Source of the DNA: an uncultured Aquificales bacterium | Lineage (GTDB): Bacteria > Thermosulfidibacterota > Thermosulfidibacteria > Thermosulfidibacterales > Thermosulfidibacteraceae | Assembly: GCA_964453345.1 (NCBI GenBank) | Contig: CAYVOC010000004.1 | Coordinates: 56,519-68,685 of the forward strand | Direction of reading: 5' to 3' | Length of the DNA stretch: 12,167 nt | Part shown: one piece after another, positions 8,178 to 12,167 of the stretch | Position numbering within the stretch: position 1 is the stretch's first letter | Layout: each line of letters begins with the position of its first letter | Notes under the pieces: model-generated | Told to the model about the DNA's origin: nothing | The model's input: only the letters and a program-made list of their open reading frames with translations | The model's database searches: none | Made by a program: the position numbers and the translations under genes

Positions 8178-11100
8178 AGCTTCACCACCTCAAAGGTGAA
8201 CTCACCGTCCTTGGCGTCCACAATCACCTTGTGCCCTTCGGTGAGCTTGCCCTCAAGTATCAGCTCGGAAATCTTATTTTCAATGTTCTTCTGTATGGCA
8301 CGCTTGAGGGGCCTTGCACCCATGAGCGGGTCAAAGCCTTCCTCAGCCAGAAGCTCCTTGGCAGCATCGGTAAGCTCTATGTCCATCTTCTGATCCTGCA
8401 GTCTCTTTCTTAGCTGCTCTATCTGCAGATCCACTATCTGGAGTATCTGCTCCTTGGTGAGCGGATGGAAGACCACTATTTCATCTATCCTGTTGAGGAA
8501 CTCGGGCCTGAAGTAGCTCTTCACCGTATCCAGTATCCTCTTCTTCGCCACCTCAAAGGCTTCCTTGAACTTCTCAGGATCCCTCATTATCTCAGGGTTG
8601 TTCATCATATCCCTGAGGTATTCGGAACCCAGATTGCTGGTCATGATTATCACGGTGTTCCTGAAGGAGACCGTTCTCCCATGGGAATCCGTGAGTCTTC
8701 CATCGTCCAGCACCTGCAGGAAGAGGTCAAAGACCCTGGGATGCGCCTTCTCTATCTCATCAAGCAGTATCACGGAATAGGGCCTGCGCCTGACGGCCTC
8801 CGTAAGCTTTCCTCCCTCCTCGTAGCCCACATATCCGGGAGGCGCACCGATGAGCTTGGCAACAGAATGCTCCTCCTTGAACTCGCTCATATCAAGCCTG
8901 ATAAGGGCATCCTCGCTTCCAAAGAGGAACTCCGCCAAGGCCTTAGCAAGCTCGGTCTTACCCACACCGGTGGGGCCAAGAAAGAGGAAGCTGCCCAAGG
9001 GCCTTCTTGGATCGGACACACCAGCCCTCGCCCTTCTGATAGCCTCGCACACAGCCTTTATGGCCTCATCCTGCCCTATAACCCTCCTGTGGAGGTATTC
9101 TTCCATCTTAAGCAGCTTCTTCTTCTCCTCCTCCATCATCTTGGAGGCAGGCACACCGCTCCACTCGGAAACCACCTTGGCCACATCCTCCTCGTCCACC
9201 ACTATGTCGGAGGCAACACCCTCTTCCTTTTTCTTCTTGAGAAGCTTCAATTCTTTTTCCAGCTTGGCCTTCTCAATCTTCAGCTCCGTCTCCTTATCTA
9301 TATCCTCAGCCTCTTCAGCCTTCTTTATCTCCTCATCCAGCTTGGATATCCTGTTCTCAAGCTCCTTTATCTTCTCCTCTATATCGGCACTCTTCTTCAC
9401 GGCAGAAATGGACTTCTCAAGCTGCTCCTTCTCCTTCTTCAGCTCCTCTTTCTTCGCCTCGTCCTTCTCCTCGGCAATTCTCTTCTCCAGCTCCTTTATC
9501 TTCTCCTCCAGCTCCTTGGCGGATTCCCTTTGATAAATCACCTCCAATTTCTTCTTGGCTGCAGCCTGGTCCAGGGCATCTATGGCCTTGTCAGGATTGC
9601 GCCTGTCCTGGATATACCTTCCGGTAAGCTTTACCGCAGCCTCTATAGCCTCATCGGATATGCGCACGCCATGATGCTTCTCATACTTGGGACGAAGCCC
9701 TTTCAGTATCTCCACTGTGGCTTCAGCGGAAGGCTCGCTCACAAATATGGGCTGGAAGCGCCTCTCAAGGGCCGGATCCTTCTCAATATACTTCCTGTAT
9801 TCGTCCAAGGTGGTGGCGCCTATCACCTGGAACTCGCCCCTTGCAAGGGCGGGCTTCAGTATGTTCGCCGCATCCATGGCACCTTCAGCCTTGCCGGCTC
9901 CCACCACATTGTGGATCTCGTCAATGAAGAGTATCACATCGTCCCTTTCCTTAACCTCGTCCACAATGGCCTTGAGCCTCTCCTCAAACTCGCCCCTGTA
10001 CTTGGTTCCCGCAAGCAGGGCGCCCATATCCAGCGAGAGAATCCTTTTATTCTTCAGGCTCTCCGGAACATTGCCCTTCACTATCTCCTGGGCAAGTCCC
10101 TCCACAATGGCGGTCTTACCAACACCGGCTTCACCAACCAGAACGGGGTTGTTCTTCTGGCGCCTGGAGAGAACCTCAATGACCTGCCTTATCTCCTTGT
10201 CCCTGCCTATAACAGGATCCAGCTTGCCCTGTCTCGCAAGCTCGGTTAAATCAACAGCATACTTTTCCAATGCTCCCTTTTCCTCTTCCGCCATCTCTTC
10301 CCTTATTCCCATGGCTTTACCCTCCTTAGAAATTGCTTTCGTAAGCTGATTCAGTATATTGCCCCCAACCGTATCGGGCTGGGAGACAAGAGCATCCACT
10401 ATATCGGCAACCCCCACCTCCTCCTTGCCGGAAGACGCCCTTTCAAGCACCCTCTCCACGAAGTAGGAGTAGCCAATCTTGTCAAACTTCTCGTTGAACA
10501 GAAGCCTTAAAACCTCGCGGATTATCCTTCTCGGGTCAATACCGGAGTTGACAAGCTGTTGCAGAGAATTGGATATCTTCTCGCCTATATCGGTGAGATA
10601 GACAATCAGCTCGTCCACAGAGTCCTCAGGGATCCTGTATCTTGCCGCAGCCTCCCTCACATAGTCCACAAAGGCCTTGGGCACCTCAACGACCTCTTCC
10701 CTCAGGCTCCAGCGGACGCTGGGACGCTCAAAGTCGCTGAAGAACTCCTCCAAAAGTCCGGAGAATATATCCTCACCGAAGAACTCCTCTATGAGGCTCC
10801 TCCTTCTACCCCTCACAGGCACCCACCTGTTCACCTTCACCGGAACCTTATCTTTAACTCTTTCACCCTTCATGCTTCTGTATACAGAGTCATCTATCTG
10901 AAGCAGAAGGGCTTTGAGCACATCATCGGCGAAATCCATGCCGTATTTGCCCCTCAGCTCATCCCTGGTCTTCATAATAGCCTGCCTGTAGCTCTCCTCA
11001 ATGGAGGAAAGCTGGGAGTAAAGATTATCAAGGGCCTTCTCCACCTCGGCTCTGGCGGAGGCAGGATCTATTCCCTTTTTCTCAAGCCATTTATAAAAGG

Positions 11101-11230
11101 GATTCCCCTCCCTTTTGGCAAAAAGCGCCCAGACAATGTGGTCCGTATCAATGAGGCTCTCCTTTCTATCCCTTGCCCTCTTTTCGGCAAGCTCAAAAAG
11201 CCTCTTAGCCTTATCGTTCAGCTTCACCAT
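8174..11230 (-). CDS. clpB: Class I Hsp100/Clp AAA+ chaperone, ClpB-like, with enlarged N-domain, 1018 aa
   Basis: NBD1 has [29 protein letters not shown] and LERRFQ. A coiled-coil M domain follows. NBD2 has [31 protein letters not shown] and GARPL. AAGGAGGAG SD precedes ATG 11230. No [LIV]GF ClpP loop. Family call is firm, subfamily is not. Confidence 0.88.
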   Translation of the reverse strand: MVKLNDKAKRLFELAEKRARDRKESLIDTDHIVWALFAKREGNPFYKWLEKKGIDPASARAEVEKALDNLYSQLSSIEESYRQAIMKTRDELRGKYGMDFADDVLKALLLQIDDSVYRSMKGERVKDKVPVKVNRWVPVRGRRRSLIEEFFGEDIFSGLLEEFFSDFERPSVRWSLREEVVEVPKAFVDYVREAAARYRIPEDSVDELIVYLTDIGEKISNSLQQLVNSGIDPRRIIREVLRLLFNEKFDKIGYSYFVERVLERASSGKEEVGVADIVDALVSQPDTVGGNILNQLTKAISKEGKAMGIREEMAEEEKGALEKYAVDLTELARQGKLDPVIGRDKEIRQVIEVLSRRQKNNPVLVGEAGVGKTAIVEGLAQEIVKGNVPESLKNKRILSLDMGALLAGTKYRGEFEERLKAIVDEVKERDDVILFIDEIHNVVGAGKAEGAMDAANILKPALARGEFQVIGATTLDEYRKYIEKDPALERRFQPIFVSEPSAEATVEILKGLRPKYEKHHGVRISDEAIEAAVKLTGRYIQDRRNPDKAIDALDQAAAKKKLEVIYQRESAKELEEKIKELEKRIAEEKDEAKKEELKKEKEQLEKSISAVKKSADIEEKIKELENRISKLDEEIKKAEEAEDIDKETELKIEKAKLEKELKLLKKKKEEGVASDIVVDEEDVAKVVSEWSGVPASKMMEEEKKKLLKMEEYLHRRVIGQDEAIKAVCEAIRRARAGVSDPRRPLGSFLFLGPTGVGKTELAKALAEFLFGSEDALIRLDMSEFKEEHSVAKLIGAPPGYVGYEEGGKLTEAVRRRPYSVILLDEIEKAHPRVFDLFLQVLDDGRLTDSHGRTVSFRNTVIIMTSNLGSEYLRDMMNNPEIMRDPEKFKEAFEVAKKRILDTVKSYFRPEFLNRIDEIVVFHPLTKEQILQIVDLQIEQLRKRLQDQKMDIELTDAAKELLAEEGFDPLMGARPLKRAIQKNIENKISELILEGKLTEGHKVIVDAKDGEFTFEVVKL
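10310..10327 (-). promoter_or_regulatory. Putative internal ribosome-binding site and in-frame start (Met307) inside the Hsp100 gene
   Basis: Minus strand AAGGAGG(10327-10321)-N8-ATG(10312), in frame, at the N-domain/NBD1 boundary. Confidence 0.6.
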
Positions 11231-11272
11231 GGCACACTCCTCCTTAAATAGTGGTTAAACCTTCGCCTATAA

Positions 11273-11300
11273 ATTTTAGCCTCCCCCCAGAAGTTTGCAA
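11273..11300 (-). promoter_or_regulatory. Putative sigma70-type promoter of the clpB operon
   Basis: Minus strand TTGCAA(11300-11295)-N16-TAAAAT(11278-11273) in the AT-rich intergenic region, about 40 nt upstream of the start codon. Confidence 0.6.
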
Positions 11301-11326
11301 GATTATTTTCAAAAAATCTTAGCAAA
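11294..11326. repeat. Imperfect AT-rich inverted repeat overlapping the clpB -35 (operator or weak terminator of the MscS gene)
   Basis: TTTGC-AAGATT-a-TTTT-c-AAAA-AATCTT-a-GCAAA is a palindrome with two single-base bulges. Confidence 0.5.
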
Positions 11327-11332
11327 ATATTA

Positions 11333-12167
11333 TCAACTCACTTTAACCACCCGACCGAGGGCCCTATCGGTGGGGAACTGGAATATGGAAAGCCCAAACT
11401 CGGAAACGGAAGCGATTATATGATCGAAAATATCAGCCTGTATCTTCTCATAAGGCACCCAGCGAGTATCCGCCACAAAGCAGTAAACCTCAAGGGGCAA
11501 CCCCTGAGGGGTCGGAGCAAGCTGTCTAACCATCAGGGTCATATCTTTTCTGACCATGGGGTGCACCTTCAGGTATTCCTCTATGTAAACCCTGAAGGTT
11601 CCCAAATTAGTAAGCCTTCTCCCATTCAGGATGGACTCTTCCAGATCAACGCCCCTTTTTGCCGCATCCTCCTCTATTTCTTTTAGCTTTCTCTCTATGT
11701 AGGGTTTCAGCAGGTGGATCTTTTTGAACTTCGCTATCATCTGGTCATCGCAGAACCTCACGCTGTTCTGGTCTATGTAAATGGCACGCTTGATCCTTCT
11801 TGCACCCGTCATCTCCATGCCGCGCCAGTTCTTAAAGGAATCCTCAAGAAGCTTGTAGGAAGGCACCACCACCAGGGTATTATCCCAGTTTCTCACAATG
11901 AGGTTGGGCAAGGTTATATCCACCACCTCACCGTCCACCCCATACTGCGGCATCTCTATCCAGTCCCCAACCTGTATGAGGTTCTGGGAAAGCACCTGGA
12001 AGGTCGCCACGAAAGAGAGAAGTGTGTGGCGAAAAACCAGCATGAGCACCGCGGACATGGCACCGAGTCCGCTGAGAATGCTCCACGGAGACTTGTTCAC
12101 CAAAGCGCAGATGGCTGCAATGCCTGCACCAACCCAAACAATAAGCTTTACAACCTGAATGTATCCC
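11333..12167 (-). CDS. ybdG: YbdG/MscM-type miniconductance mechanosensitive channel (MscS family), 5' end outside window
   Basis: The frame is open past 12103 to the edge (GYIQVVKLIVWVGAGIAAICALVNKSP). Motifs LSGLGAMSAVLMLVF, GDWIEMPQYGVDGEV, NWDNT, SFKNWRGM, RRIKRAIYID, TNLGTFR, MVRQLAP and GLPLEVYCF. Tandem TGA-TAA stop. Confidence 0.92.
   Translation of the reverse strand, partial: GYIQVVKLIVWVGAGIAAICALVNKSPWSILSGLGAMSAVLMLVFRHTLLSFVATFQVLSQNLIQVGDWIEMPQYGVDGEVVDITLPNLIVRNWDNTLVVVPSYKLLEDSFKNWRGMEMTGARRIKRAIYIDQNSVRFCDDQMIAKFKKIHLLKPYIERKLKEIEEDAAKRGVDLEESILNGRRLTNLGTFRVYIEEYLKVHPMVRKDMTLMVRQLAPTPQGLPLEVYCFVADTRWVPYEKIQADIFDHIIASVSEFGLSIFQFPTDRALGRVVKVS

Noticed and set aside
8465-10249. 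594-aa plus-strand ORF, and the other long antisense ORFs over clpB, cobQ, pilM and the acyl-CoA synthetase
   Set aside because: These are shadow frames of well-supported genes. They have skewed low-complexity composition and no motifs, as expected from codon bias on the coding strand.
10353-10358. TATACT (-10-like) on the minus strand upstream of the internal clpB RBS
   Set aside because: There is no usable -35 at 16-18 bp and no TGn extension, so it is insufficient for an internal promoter.
11283-11288. G6 tract in the clpB promoter spacer, and other 6-7 nt homopolymers, as phase-variation sites
   Set aside because: The tracts are too short and common in this sequence, and all frames are intact.
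11319-11345. Possible CIRCE element starting TTAGCA
   Set aside because: Only 6 of 9 bases of the left arm match, and there is no GAGTGCTAA right arm.

Overview
Compact, almost fully coding bacterial chromosomal window. Its Lys/Glu-rich proteins and AGG/ATA codon use suggest a thermophile (inference). No mobile element, RNA gene or CRISPR array was seen. Block 1 is a tightly coupled minus-strand operon: cobQ, a PilM-family actin-fold ATPase with no pilNOPQ after it, a short Roadblock/LC7 (MglB-like) protein, a DUF4388/PATAN-wHTH protein, an MglA-family small GTPase and a MraY/WecA-family transferase that runs off the left edge. Block 2 is a divergently transcribed ADP-forming acyl-CoA synthetase that appears to share a symmetric bidirectional promoter with cobQ. 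Block 3 is a minus-strand operon of an atypical 1018-aa Hsp100/ClpB-like chaperone, a DUF523/TudS-family Fe-S protein and a rhomboid protease, preceded by a partial YbdG-type MscS channel. The best candidates for novel biology are the PilM-Roadblock-PATAN-GTPase module and the Hsp100. The Hsp100 lacks recognisable DnaK and ClpP docking motifs, carries a large N-domain insertion and has a perfect internal start site.
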